From Eledone cirrhosa (lineage: Eukaryota), in contig OZ024747.1 in the NCBI GenBank assembly GCA_964016885.1, positions 55,118,001 to 55,182,000 on the forward strand: DNA of 64,000 nucleotides. The letters are read 5' to 3'. The notes below the pieces were generated by a model, which had not been told where the DNA came from, did not search any database, and worked only from the letters and a program-made list of their open reading frames with translations. A program made the position numbers and the translations under genes. Shown here one piece after another: positions 1 through 14,369 of this stretch. Numbering within the stretch: position 1 is the first letter of the stretch; each line of letters starts with the position of its first letter.

Positions 1-185
1 TTACTTTTGGCACGAGGCCTACAATAACCCCAGTGTATTACTGTTGCTTTTTATTTTATCGACCCCGTAATGATGAAAGGCAAAGTTAACCTCGGCGGGA
101 TTTCAACTCAGAACGTAAAGAGCCATAGCTCCATGCTGCAAAGTGTGGTGTCTGACGCCCTACCGATACTGCCAATCCGCCGCCC
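1..185 (-). mobile_element. tRNA-derived SINE, family A (~190 bp); a further 3' fragment follows at ~193-287
   Basis: Reverse complement matches the repeat at 30064, 31349, 56702 and 58981: A-box-like TGGCAGTATCGGT, B-box GAGTT(C/G)AAATCCC, core GCCTTTCATCCTTACGGGGTCGATAAAATAAAGTACCAGT (resembles the Meta/MESC SINE central domain, from memory). Confidence 0.85.
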
Positions 186-381
186 ATATAATAATTGTTT
201 CTACATTTGGTACAAGGCCAGAAATAAACCAGTGTATTACTGGTACTTTATTTTATCTACCCTGTAAGGATGAAAGGCAAAGTTAACATATAATAATGAT
301 GTTAATAGTGTTGGTGTTGAAACGTTTCTCAAAATGTTTTCTCATACACTCACCATTAGTAGTAGTAGTATTAGTAGTAGC

Positions 382-452
<71 letters not shown>

Positions 453-1385
453 ATGACTGTATTCCTTACCCTGTAATTTCTTTTTTATAAATATTATATA
501 TAATGCGCCCTGTAAAAATAATTTTATTTTAAAGAATATACCTCACATTCATTCATTTTCTGTAAATATACACTAGGTCAGGAGTAGATGATATCATAGG
601 ACGGGGCTCAGTTTTAATTGGGTATTTTACCCCTTAACCTAATAAACACTCACACACCTCCATCTTCTAATTCTCGTTTCAAGTTAAACTCCTCTTTTCT
701 TCCTCATATGATGTTTATCTCATCAAACTCTTCTGTACTACTACATCCCAGAATACTTAACCTAGTTCAAATATTTCATATTGAAGTTTAAAAAGCGCAA
801 ACATGAGCGTGTGATTAATAAATTCGTTTCGAAGTCTTGAATTTCCATGTTTGATTCCACTGTGAGGCACCGCCGTAAGATGTCTTCTCCCATAAGCTGA
901 AGCTGAGCTTACACATGCCTACTGATAGAAAGAGTGAGGAAATTAGTTGGACAAACAATATATGTCCACGCGCCCTCAAAGGGTTTTAAACACTCCCACC
1001 TGGTTACTGTGGGCATTTAGCAGAGTCAATTTTATGAAATGCATTTTAAAAAATGTCTTTCCATATATCTCTTTGACTAAGTAAAACATAAAGACAGTCA
1101 GGTATCCTTAATACTTGTATGGCGACGGATTGCAAAACCCGTCGGAGGGTTTATTAACATCTTGAGTGTTTTTTCCGGCTCCTTGCACCTTGAGTTCAAA
1201 TCTCATTGAGAACATATCTGCCTTTCAATGATTTGATTGTTGATTAAAAAAATATTAGTTAAGCGGGCGGTGGACTGGTGGAATTTTAAAAGCGGTAGAA
1301 TTATTTGCGGTTTCTAATCCGGCACTCTCTGCTCTAAATAAAAGTCCGGTCAGCTATTGCCAACAATTTCATCCCGCAGATAATA

Positions 1386-1574
1386 ACTGTTTCTACGTTA
1401 GGCACAAGACCAGCAATTACCCAGTGCATTACTGGTACTTTATGTTATCGACCCCGTAAGGATGAAAGGCAAAGTTAACCTTGGCGGGATTTGAACTCAG
1501 AATGGCAAGGGCCGTAACTCCATACGTCAAAGCATGGCGTCCGACCCTCTACCAATACTGCCAATCCACCGCCC
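1386..1574 (-). mobile_element. SINE family A, full length, 3' half of a 5S-SINE chimera
   Basis: Same consensus as the other copies; lies inside the target-site duplication shared with the 5S fragment. Confidence 0.9.
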
Positions 1575-1595
1575 TCATTTTTTTAAATTTTTTTT

Positions 1596-1691
1596 CAGCG
1601 CTCACCCATCTAACTACTAACTAGGCTCGACGTTGCTTAACTTCGGTGATGGGACGAGAACCGGTGTTTTCAGCGTGATATGGCCGTAAAC
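1596..1691 (-). pseudogene. 5S rRNA-derived sequence, 3'-truncated (~96 of ~120 nt)
   Basis: Minus strand GTTTACGGCCATATCACGCTGAAAACACCGGTTCTCGTCCCATCACCGAAGTTAAGCAACGTCGAGCCTAGTTAGTAGTTAGATGGGTGAGCGCTG matches metazoan/molluscan 5S rRNA from its first base; the terminal helix I partner is missing. Confidence 0.9.
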
Positions 1692-2913
1692 ATCCCGCAG
1701 ATAATATACAGCATTGAAGATATGATTTCCATGGTCCACTTTGATGAAAGTCTCCCATCCCTTTTCGCGAAATATCAATTTAAATTTTCTACAATACAAC
1801 TCAATACAGGGGTGGTATCACAATACACAATTCGTAATTAATTATGTAATCTAAGAGTTGCTGGAATAAGCCGCACTTCATTTACGTATCGATCAATGTT
1901 AGAAGGAGTTGCGGAAACATACCTTTAAGTAACTAGCAGCTTATTGCAAGATGAGGGTCGCATATCAAATGCAAAATGCAGAACGGCTGGACGAATGCAC
2001 AAGAGGGTAAAGCATGCCATTGTTCGGAATGAATTTAGATTTACATCATATGCACCTACATTTAAATCTTTTATACTGTATATATTTACCAATGAAATTT
2101 TAATGACATTTTAATGTTAAGATTTTAATGAGAAACGTAAATTGAGATAATACCGTTATAAAGGCAAAACCCTGCTATTTATATGTATATTTATATGAAT
2201 ACAAACACAGATATCAATATATATAAATGTGTGTGTGTGTGTGTGTGTGTGTGTATCTGCGTGTGTATCTGTGTGTGTATCTGTGTGTGCTGAGGCTAAT
2301 TCTGGAAGTACACAATACATATTAATGTAGAAATTAGATGTAATTATGATGACTCAAGTATACATCAACATTATATAGAAACACATACATACACATTTAT
2401 ATATATGTGAATATTATATATATAAATGTGTATGTGTGTGTTTGTGTGAATATATATATATATGTACACACCCACACATATGTGTGTGTATCTGTATGTG
2501 TATATGTTCAACAACGAAAAGTAAATAAAAAGTAATCATAAATATGTAAAAAAAAAAGACTGCACTGTCACGCGTGGAGCGCCTTTGATCGTAGATCTGC
2601 TTAATCAGGGTTTACCTAAGGCTATGTTACGACAATATATCTACACTGACTTCTCCAATATATTACTATATATCAAGTCTTCCTAATAAGAATAAAGTTG
2701 ATGAAAATGGCGTTTCGCTTATTTTCCATCTTATATTTCATTACAGAGAGATTTGTGTGTTTCTTATTTTTTTACCTTTTATTACGTTTTGTTAAATTTT
2801 TATATTATTTTCTTTATAATTATATTTTATTTGTATTTTCTTTTGTACTTTTTAATCGCATTTCTTGTTCGTTAGATTTACTTTGCATTCATACATACAC
2901 GCAATCGTACATA

Positions 2914-2944
<31 letters not shown>

Positions 2945-2984
2945 GTGTGTAAGTATGTGTGTGTCTGTGCGTCGGTGAGAGTGC

Positions 2985-4760
<1,776 letters not shown>

Positions 4761-4916
4761 TGAATGCGTGTATGTGTGTGTGTATAGCCTAGGAGAAATA
4801 TGCTGGAGTTTAGAAGAAAGAGTGGTTTACTGAGATGATTTCTCTTAATTTAGCACTTACGTACTGATTGCAGATCAGGGCCACCTCTCCACCCACACCG
4901 CAACAAGCCACCTTAG

Positions 4917-4976
<60 letters not shown>

Positions 4977-5416
4977 AACACAATTGCTAAAACTTTCATA
5001 TTATTTATATTCACTTAATGATTTTTGCTTTATAAACTGCACTTTACATTTTCTTCTGTTCACTGAGACATCCTGGAGCGATTTATTCAAGGATATGTTC
5101 TTGGAAATAGATATATGCATATAAACACATTGAAAAACACATTCATTAACACACAGACTCCCACACACTCATACATATAATGACACGCATGCATACACTC
5201 ACACTCGTTCACAAACACTTACTTATATATTTATATATATATATGTACATATCCATGTGTGAAAGTGTACGTTTTCTTGTGTGTGAGCGTGTGTCATATA
5301 TATATATATATACTTACAATCACAGATATACGTCGAATATATATTTATTTTCATGATTACCCACAAAATCAATGTATTTAAGCTTATCTCTATATATATG
5401 AATAATTGTGTGTGTG

Positions 5417-5453
<37 letters not shown>

Positions 5454-6826
5454 ATACCACAGTTGACATACATATTGTCGTGCATGTTCCTATATCTATA
5501 TGTATATGCATATGTAAATCTATTTGTGTATCAACTGCGACTATCCTTGAAATTTCTAGATCGAATCTCCCAATAAGGTTATTGAGATAATAGGAAGCAA
5601 GCAAAGGCAGGTGGCTTGAACACACAAAACACTAAACTACACAACTTTACGACCAGGTTATATAATACCCGGCTAAATATGTACACTATGTATGCTAAAT
5701 TATCTGCATACAACCAAATGTTTTTCGACATATTTGCTTCAACAGCGATCATATTCCTATTCTGGCTACTCGATTTGACATTACATAAAATAAAATCTGT
5801 TCTTTTAATATTAAACTACCAAAACTAGTAACTTCTACTCGTCAGTTGTATTGACAACCATCATCTATATGAGAAAAACAAATAAACAACGGGGCAAAAA
5901 AAAAGTTCCATTCAAACAGCGTTTTAAAATATTATCTCATCATTTTGACAATATTTACTACTCATCGATTGTCAAAACGCATCCATAGATAGAGTCTGCC
6001 TACATAGCACTGCAAGGGATTAGGAGAAAGCTCATTGAAAATTATTTCGTGATTGATTTACCAAAGACGCACACCATATGAGTTGCACCACTTGTAGGTG
6101 ACCATGCATGAGATTAAAGTGTCCCTGCCAATCTGGAGGACTTCAAGGAAAGCTATGTTATTAGAAAATTTCATATTAACTCTATCATGAACAGAAATGC
6201 CAGAGTAATAAGAAAGTTACTGACATCAAAACAGAAATGAAAGGAGCCGATTCTCAGATCGGAGCAAGTAAACAAGTTCGCCATTATTTTGTTCATTGTT
6301 AATACTATCTCTTGGTCACAATGACTGACATAAGTAGACAGGATGGGAAATTATTAGTCACGAAACGGGATTAGATACTAAACATCACGTTGTCCAACAA
6401 ATAACAGACCATAGACTGGTAATATTTTTTAACTCGGAAGGCTGAGCGGCAATGACACACTACACTCCGATTGTAATTTCAAATTTCTACCTGTGAATCT
6501 TGATTATGTACTTAAGTGGTGCAGCACCACTTGTCAGGAATTGTGTTTCTCTATACAAGAAAGCACGCTTTAAGAAATTACAGTAAAATGAAATGTTAGA
6601 TTAACTGTGGTTACAAGCATGTATATTTAAGCATAGATACATATGAATATATATACATAGACAAGCCAACCTTCACGGATTCTACGCAAGTAGAATCATA
6701 TATATATATATATATATATATATGATTTTTATTTGTGCATGTCCGTATATATATATATATATATATATATGATTCTACTTGCGTAGAATACGCGAAGGTT
6801 GTCTCTTTGGTAAATCAATCATGAAA

Positions 6827-6868
<42 letters not shown>

Positions 6869-7011
6869 GGGGGGGGGGGCGGGTACGTGAGATTGTGCGT
6901 GCCTACGTATACATAAATCTAAATACATATAAGATACATATGCATTCATGTGCTTGTACATCTATCCATCCATCCATCCATCCAAACATGTAGGCATATC
7001 CATGTATACAT

Positions 7012-7183
7012 GGTGGCTGCCAACTCGTTTTCGAGTACGGCCACTACTTTATATCCATGTAGGAGAACCCCTACTGATGCGCTGAACGAGTGTGACTTTT
7101 TATTCCAGCCAGCGACTTGAAAACTCTGGTACAAACACTACACTTGTGACAATTATTGACTCGTAGTGCTGGGCCCATGGTGC
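7012..7183 (-). mobile_element. 5'-truncated copy of non-autonomous RTE-derived element
   Basis: Matches the 3' end of 51247-51804, including the C2H2 remnant CSVCTRVFKSLAGIKSHTRSAH; embedded in (CATA)n. Confidence 0.85.
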
Positions 7184-7187
7184 ATAT

Positions 7188-7218
<31 letters not shown>

Positions 7219-8602
7219 GGCATGCATACATCCATACATACATTCATACATACAAACATACATACATACATTCATACAGATATGCCTACATAAATTCTTA
7301 CATACATATATACAGGCATATATACATATATACAGGCATACATACACATACATAAGTTCACACATACATAGTACATGCATACAAACATTCATACATACAT
7401 ACATACATACATATATACATATATTCATATACATCCAAACATACATACATACATAAATTCATACTTACATACATACATATATAAAATTCATACATACATA
7501 CATACAATTTGCAAAACATTCTTGCGATTCAAGGGATGACAATTTCTTTTCTTTTACAACCTTGCCACCAGGAAGGTGGCCGGTCAAAAATATATACTCG
7601 AAATTAAGAGAAAGAGATAACATACATACATACATACATACACACATACATACATACATACATACATACATACATACATACACATATCCTTATCCATAAT
7701 AAATCTCTTTATATTTCACATTCCCAACAAAACCATTTTCCTCCTCTCTATTCTGTGAAATCGTCCCAAATAAATTGTGATAGCAGCATCAATTTTTGCA
7801 ACATTAGTAGACAATTGTATATCATCAAAAATTTATTACAAAGACATTATTCCATTCCAATGTTTAATGGCTCTTCCTTCAGATGATGATGATGATGATG
7901 CTTTAAACGAAACATTCTCTCTTGTTGAATTTGTTTTGTTTATTGTTCTTATTGTTGTTATTTTTTGTATATTTATATATTTATATTTTGATCAAGCCAC
8001 CACCTTACCACTCGTTTCCTTCCTGCAGCAAATTTTAGTTGTATTAGAATTTCTTTCAGGTTAATGTATACACACATATATACGTTTTTTTTTTTAATTG
8101 ACAATAATGCTCTATAAGTATCGATTTTTCTATTCTAAATTGACCTTCTTATTTTAGTAGTTGTTATCATTGTCGTCATTGCTGCCTCCATTAATAAACT
8201 TGTTGTTGTCGTGGCTGTTTGGTTAGATGTCTTTGCCTTTGTTGTTGCCGTGGTGTTTCAATTTTTGAGTTGTCATTTTGTATACCCAATTGCATGTTTA
8301 TAATACATTTCGTGTTTTCTTTCAAAATGTTATTTGATTGCTTATTTCTTTTCTTCCTTTTCTATCCTTCTTTCTTACTTTTTTTCGTTCTTTCTTTTGT
8401 CTTTCTTTCTTTCACTACTCCCATGTGTGTCAGTTTAAACCTGTATTTGTCACCCTATCTATCTGTCTCACTTTCTCACCCTCCCGCATTTTCTGCATTG
8501 TTTCTTATCTACCTTCCAACCAACTAACTATTGATGTATCTCTCTACTTAGATATTTATATGCAGCACTCCTCACTCTCTATATTTATCCCCCCCCCTCT
8601 CG

Positions 8603-8680
<78 letters not shown>

Positions 8681-8699
8681 CTTTCTCTCTATATATAGA

Positions 8700-8910
8700 G
8701 TCGATCGACTTTCGTCAAATCGGACCGAGGAAGCAATGTTTCCATTGGTCTTTCCAATTGCGAATACAAGCTATCGGTCGCAACTCCAGGTAGAAGGAGC
8801 AACGTGAAATAAAGTGTCTTGCTCAAGGAAATAATGCATCGAAGGGCCCCGGAATCGAACTCACAACTTCACCATTGTGAATCCAATTCTCTAACTACTC
8901 GGGCACACCT
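8700..8910 (-). mobile_element. Second tRNA-derived SINE family (family B), diverged; related copies at ~11885-12190(+), 14510-14650(-), 52490-52745(-), 53150-53425(-)
   Basis: B-box GAGTTCGATTCC followed by CCTTGAGCAAGACACTTTATTTCAC on the minus strand; the motif recurs in the listed copies. Confidence 0.65.
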
Positions 8911-8912
8911 TT

Positions 8913-8965
<53 letters not shown>

Positions 8966-8971
8966 TTGTGT

Positions 8972-10340
8972 AAGAGATAAACAGAAATAACAACACAATC
9001 GGTGCAGAGTATGGAAAGAGTATATTAGTTTAACACTTGATATAGCAGGCGGAACTGCTTAACGTTTCGGGCGCTAGTCCTTCCTCAGAAGAAAGAATGA
9101 GAAATTAGAAAGATTGAAGGGACGGGCAGGGTAGAATCGGAAAAAATATTTTTAGAGAAAAATACCAGGTCCATTCATGTTGTCATGTCTTGGAAAACTG
9201 TTGATGCTGGCGTTTTGTGTATGATATACTTTTTTTTTTTTAGAAAAGTGGATGATGGTGCACGTCTATGAGAAATGGAAAAAAAAACGTTTTATATATA
9301 GAGCTATACGTGTGCGCGTGCGTATGAGTTTGCATGTATGTGTGTGAGTTTGCATGTGTGTGTGTGTGTGCGTATTTTGTTGGTCTGTATCACCTGTGAG
9401 AGTATATGTTTCTGACCATAAGCGAGCCATAGGAATCTAAGTGTAAATGTACAAGCGCGTAAGTGATAATGGATGGTGTAAAGGTGACGGGGGCAAAGGG
9501 TAGAGAAGAAAGTACGAATGTATATTTGTAATATTAAAGTAATTGCGGAGGGGAGTTGAGTGCACGAGGGAAACAAGACCCCAGCTGGTAAACCAGACTC
9601 TGTTCAGTCCTAGTGCGTGACGTCTGTGATCCGTGATGGAAAAGGACACCAATGACTGAGACATAGAGGGAAGAGTGACCAGGGCAACGGAAATGACAGG
9701 TGACGGGAATATCCATACAGAGTCGTATGTCTCTCAAATATTCGGCAAAACGGTCCGCCAAACGGCGTCCCGTGTGTCCGATGTATAAGGATACGCAAAG
9801 GGAACACCGGAGTGCATAGACAACGTGGGTGGGTGTACAGGTGAATGAGTGCCGGATACAGGATGAACCGTTTGTGTTTGTGAGAATGGTGAGGTTGGAA
9901 ATGAAAGGACAAGTGTAACAGTGGGGACGAGAACAAGAATGAGAGCCTGGTGGAGTCGTAGGGAAGGACGAGAAGGAACTGCGTACCAGGAGGTCATGCA
10001 TATTACGGGCGCACTTAAATGCATTGATAGGCCGGTTAGGAAAAAAACGTGAAGTGACGGGGTAGGAAGAGAGGGAGAGGAAGGAACGGAGCATATGTCG
10101 CCGGTGATGGGGTGGTTGGTGAGAGGGAAAGGAAGGCGGGTGTTGGGAGGGTGCTGGTGAGGTGAGAGGGCTGTGGTACGGTCGGTTTCACGGGCGATGG
10201 TGAGGGCAGCTTGGATCAAGGTGGGGAGGATATCCACGCTGGATGAAGCGGGAGGCCATGTGAAGGGAATACGTCTCGAATTCCTGGTCCGTGCTACAGA
10301 GCCGAATAGGACGGAGGAATTGGGAGTAGAGTAGAATATG
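8972..10340 (-). mobile_element. 5'-truncated Penelope-like element: RT thumb/linker, Cys-rich linker, GIY-YIG endonuclease, 3' UTR with hammerhead
   Basis: ORF 9534..10094 has C-x4-C-x2-C, then FTCTPTHVVYALRCSLCVSLYIGHTGRRLADRFAEY (VY...YIG.T.R.L..R..E), typical of PLE GIY-YIG domains; frameshifted upstream. Confidence 0.9.
9059..9092 (-). ncRNA. Minimal hammerhead ribozyme motif in PLE 3' end
   Basis: Minus strand CTGAGGA-AGGACTAGCGCCC-GAAA-CGTTA; palindromic stem III (AACGTT). The first stem II pair is mismatched and stem I is not obvious. Confidence 0.6.
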
Positions 10341-11110
10341 GAGAGCTTGGTGTGTGTTGGAGAGACAGCATCACAATAGAGCTGCTGTCAGCCTCTCAGC
10401 TTTATGACATATCTAACCTCCACCCTACACACTTCATCTATATATGTATCTGAACATATATATCTAACCCACATTTACACCCTACACATTTCATCTTCAT
10501 ATTTGAATATACATGTGTTATCATCTTAATTTGTATTCTACAAAATTCATATGCACTTGTTTTTAAAATTAACGTTCCTTTCCTTAAGGGATGTGGATTG
10601 GTAGAATCGTTAGTCACGTGCAAATATTTTGTTCTAGCTTTTTACATTCTCGGTTCAACTCTCACCGAAGTCAATGTTGCCCTTTATTCTTCCAAGGACG
10701 ATAAACTATAATCACGTGATGCAGTCAATATCATTGCCATTCTCTTCCCTGAAAAGTGTTGGCCTTCTGTCTAAATTAGTAAGCATCATTGATACACTCC
10801 AGTGGTTGGCACCATTGGTAGAATGCGGGACGAAATATTTAATACATATAAGGCGTGGAAATGGCGACTCAGATGTCCGAGCTTCGGATATAATGAATCT
10901 CTTGCGGAATTCGCTTCAGTTCTTTGCAATAAGAGCTCAAATGTTGATGAGATCAACTTTCTTTTCGTAATCGATAAATAAAGTACTAGTCAAGCATTAA
11001 TGCCGATTTTTCACATGATATCTATCTATCTATATATATATATATATATATGAAAAACAAGGGGAGAAGAATACTGCATGGTTGCACATGGATTACATAT
11101 TATAAAATTA

Positions 11111-11212
11111 GTCCCTCATCAGTGATTTGCCAACCATCATTGGTATTTCATCGCATTAAAAATCAGATACCTCAGGTTGGTGCGAGCAATAACTAAAATA
11201 AGCTATTGGGAC
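11111..11212 (-). ncRNA. Putative reversed-order, kink-turn-containing hammerhead ribozyme, copy 1 (in a TA-flanked element 11051-11310)
   Basis: GTCC-CAATAGC..GTTATTG-C-TCGCA-CCAACC-TGA-GGTAT-C-TGATTT-TTAA-TGCGA-T-GAAA-TACC-AATGAT-GGTTGG-C-AAATCA-CTGATGA-GGGAC; all helices pair and covary with copy 2. Confidence 0.65.
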
Positions 11213-11319
11213 AAGTGAAACGCGTAAAGCGAGTGAGACAAGTAAACAACAGAAGGAAAAGCAAACCGAAGGTTGGAAAACAGCAAGCCACATGATAGTT
11301 ATCCGATCAGCATAAGCTG

Positions 11320-11384
<65 letters not shown>

Positions 11385-12874
11385 TTGTATATGTATATAT
11401 ATATTTATACATATGTATATATATTTGTGTATGTGTGTGTGCATGTATCTATATATATATATATATATATATATACCCATACATATTTCTCCCTCTTTCT
11501 CTATCATGCACCGTTTCTCTTCCACAGTTTGTTGCGCTGAGCATGGTGTTAAAGCCCACCACTGTGTTCCTCATAGAACAGTAGAGAGGAACACCAACTG
11601 ACAGAATTCAGAAATCTCCTGACTCTACCCACTTCTGAGCTTTCTATATTCTAGAACTCTCAGAAGTGTCACATGCAATCCATGGGTTTGTGGATGTAGA
11701 TGAACATTGCCTCATACGTTTGATCTCCAAAACCTGTAGGATAATTTAATGTAAGATCAGAAATGTTCTGATTGCTTTATATGCCAACAACACTATATGA
11801 ATATTGAAAGAAAGGAGACTATAATAAATGCCTACAGTCTCGTAGGATAAAAGTACATGTGTATATGCATGTGTATAGAACAGGGTGAAGGTGCGTGCAT
11901 TAGCTGTAAAGATGTTCAGCTAACTATCATAGGGTCTTGCGTTCAATTTCTGGCAGTACACTTTCTAATTGATCAAGGCACTTTATTTCACATTGCTTGA
12001 GTCCACGCAAGCTGGATTCAATGAGTCGTACCTCTAATTCAAGTGACCAGCCTTGTCACAGTCTATGGCGCGTTGTACATCCCTGATAAGGAAGTTAGTG
12101 GTATACATGCTTCTGTTAAATGTTCAGTTACTTTATTGCCGGTTGCAACTCCACCCCTCACCGTAGAACAGACGTGTGACCAGCAGTATTTAACAAGATG
12201 TATATACTACCGTTTTATATTATAAATATAGCATTGTAAGTGAGCTAAAATTTGATATAAGTTTAAGCAGTGAGTTCAATAAATGGACTGAATATAAATA
12301 TTTAAAAAATATGCATTCGTGAGTGAATGATAATAATTATACAATAATACTCTGAGTTCAAATCCCGCCGAGGTTAACTTTGCCTTTCATCCTCACCGGG
12401 TCGATAAAATAAAGTACCAGTCACGCACTGGGGTCGATTTAATCTACTTTCCCCTCCTCCAAAATCACTGGCCTTGTGCCTATATAAGAAACCAATAATT
12501 ATACAACAATACTATTAATATTCGATTGGTTTGCAAGCACACGGCCTCATAAAAACTATTTTTTTAAATGTAAAGAAATAATATGAATTTGCATAAATTT
12601 CAATATGTAAGAGCTTAACCGACTTTATAAAGAAAAACTTAGTGAAGAACTGATATCTTCCAGAAAGAAAAATTATTTCAATGAAATATGTATAGATAAT
12701 ATTTTTCCTTAAATTATTGCCTTGTTTGGTCATTACATTAGTTTTGTTGAACATATCCTCACACAGAACCTTTTTTTCAAGTCTGGTAGTCATTTTATCA
12801 ATTTTGAGGAATATCTGAATTATGAGAGGTGTACACAAACACGAAGGTAAACGAAAAACTGGGACACACTTATG

Positions 12875-12905
<31 letters not shown>

Positions 12906-13132
12906 ACACGCGCGTGCGTGCACGCACACATTCACTCATTCACTCAGTGCTTCTGCAAACTCAATTGAAGTTGCTTGCTGAAGATGGGTCGGAGAGGTGA
13001 AGGTGGACTGAAAACCACGTGGTTGAGAAATGAACTCAGCAGAGTTAGGTACGTGCAAACATACACACACTTTCAAACACATATATACATATATGTCTAT
13101 CTGTGTCTGTGTTTGCGTGCGCGTATATAAAT

Positions 13133-13168
<36 letters not shown>

Positions 13169-13454
13169 AGAGAGAGAGATGGAGAGAGAGACAGACAGAC
13201 AGATATAGAGAGAGAGACTGAAAGGGAGAGAGAAAGACAGAGTGGGTAATAGAAAGAAAAGAACAGCGACAGAAAGTGAGAGAGAGAGAGAGAAAAGAAA
13301 GACCGGTTGAGAGAGAATCACAGAGACATGGATACTAATACACACATATGTACACAGTAATACACGTGTGTATTTGTGCTTTAGTATTCTTCTATTTACT
13401 TGTGTGTCTGTATGTATGGCATGTATGTAAATATATATTTATATATATATGTTA

Positions 13455-13776
13455 AAATACAAATATTAATAAAATATTCGTTCTTTTTATCAATTACATT
13501 TTATTATACATATTTCGGATGTACAACAGTACGTCCTCATCAGACAAAATATAATGATATATGACATACCCTATCATTATATTTTGTCTGATGAGGACGT
13601 ACTGTTGTACATCCGAAATATGTATAATAAAATGTAATTGATAAAAAGAACTTCTATTTTATTAATATTTGTATTTCAATATTAATAACTCTGGAAAATT
13701 ATTTTCTATAGAGTGCTTCCAATCTACTGTAAAACTCATTCTATGATATACTCATTGAATCTTGTTTAACTCTTTA

Positions 13777-13778
<2 letters not shown>
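13455..13778 (+). mobile_element. Fold-back hammerhead element A (IR arms 13455-13559 / 13572-13676 plus ~100 bp unique tail); probably an extremely 5'-truncated PLE with inverted pseudo-LTR
   Basis: Near-perfect 105-bp inverted repeat; hammerhead core CTGATGA at 13588-13594 and GAAA at 13615-13618, mirrored on the minus strand; flanked by (TA)n. Confidence 0.85.
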
Positions 13779-13817
<39 letters not shown>

Positions 13818-14195
13818 GACGTATGAAAATATAACTAAATACAAGTTTGTGAATAATGATCCACTAATAAAGCGTATAGATTTAATGACTTTGAAGAATT
13901 ATCTGGACAATGGTTGACAAGTGGTAAATGAGAGAATATATTAGAAATCAGACTGGAAAACAAAACGGTATATAATACGGAGGCGACAAAGCGACAAAGC
14001 GAAAAAGTACCGAAAGTGGACGTCGGTAAATTTTAAATAATGTTTATTGGCAGAGCAAGACAGTATCAAATAAACCAGAAACGGAAGAAGGAAAAAATGG
14101 CGTTTGATGTTAAATAGAAAGAGAAATGAAACTATTAATAAATATCTGAATAAAATTAAGGGAGAGAGAGAGGGGGGGGGGCGAGAGAGAGAGAG

Positions 14196-14243
<48 letters not shown>

Positions 14244-14323
14244 ATATAGATGAAATGGTGTGTAAACTAATATGTACCTTCGTATTTATGAAATGTATGT
14301 ATATGTATACGCACATATATACA

Positions 14324-14369
<46 letters not shown>

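Noticed and set aside
11130-11180. SECIS or box C/D snoRNA reading of the UGA/GA internal loop
   Set aside because: The 3-nt bulge geometry and the surrounding hammerhead core elements with covarying stem I fit a K-turn in a ribozyme better; there is no SECIS-length upper helix with an apical AA loop.
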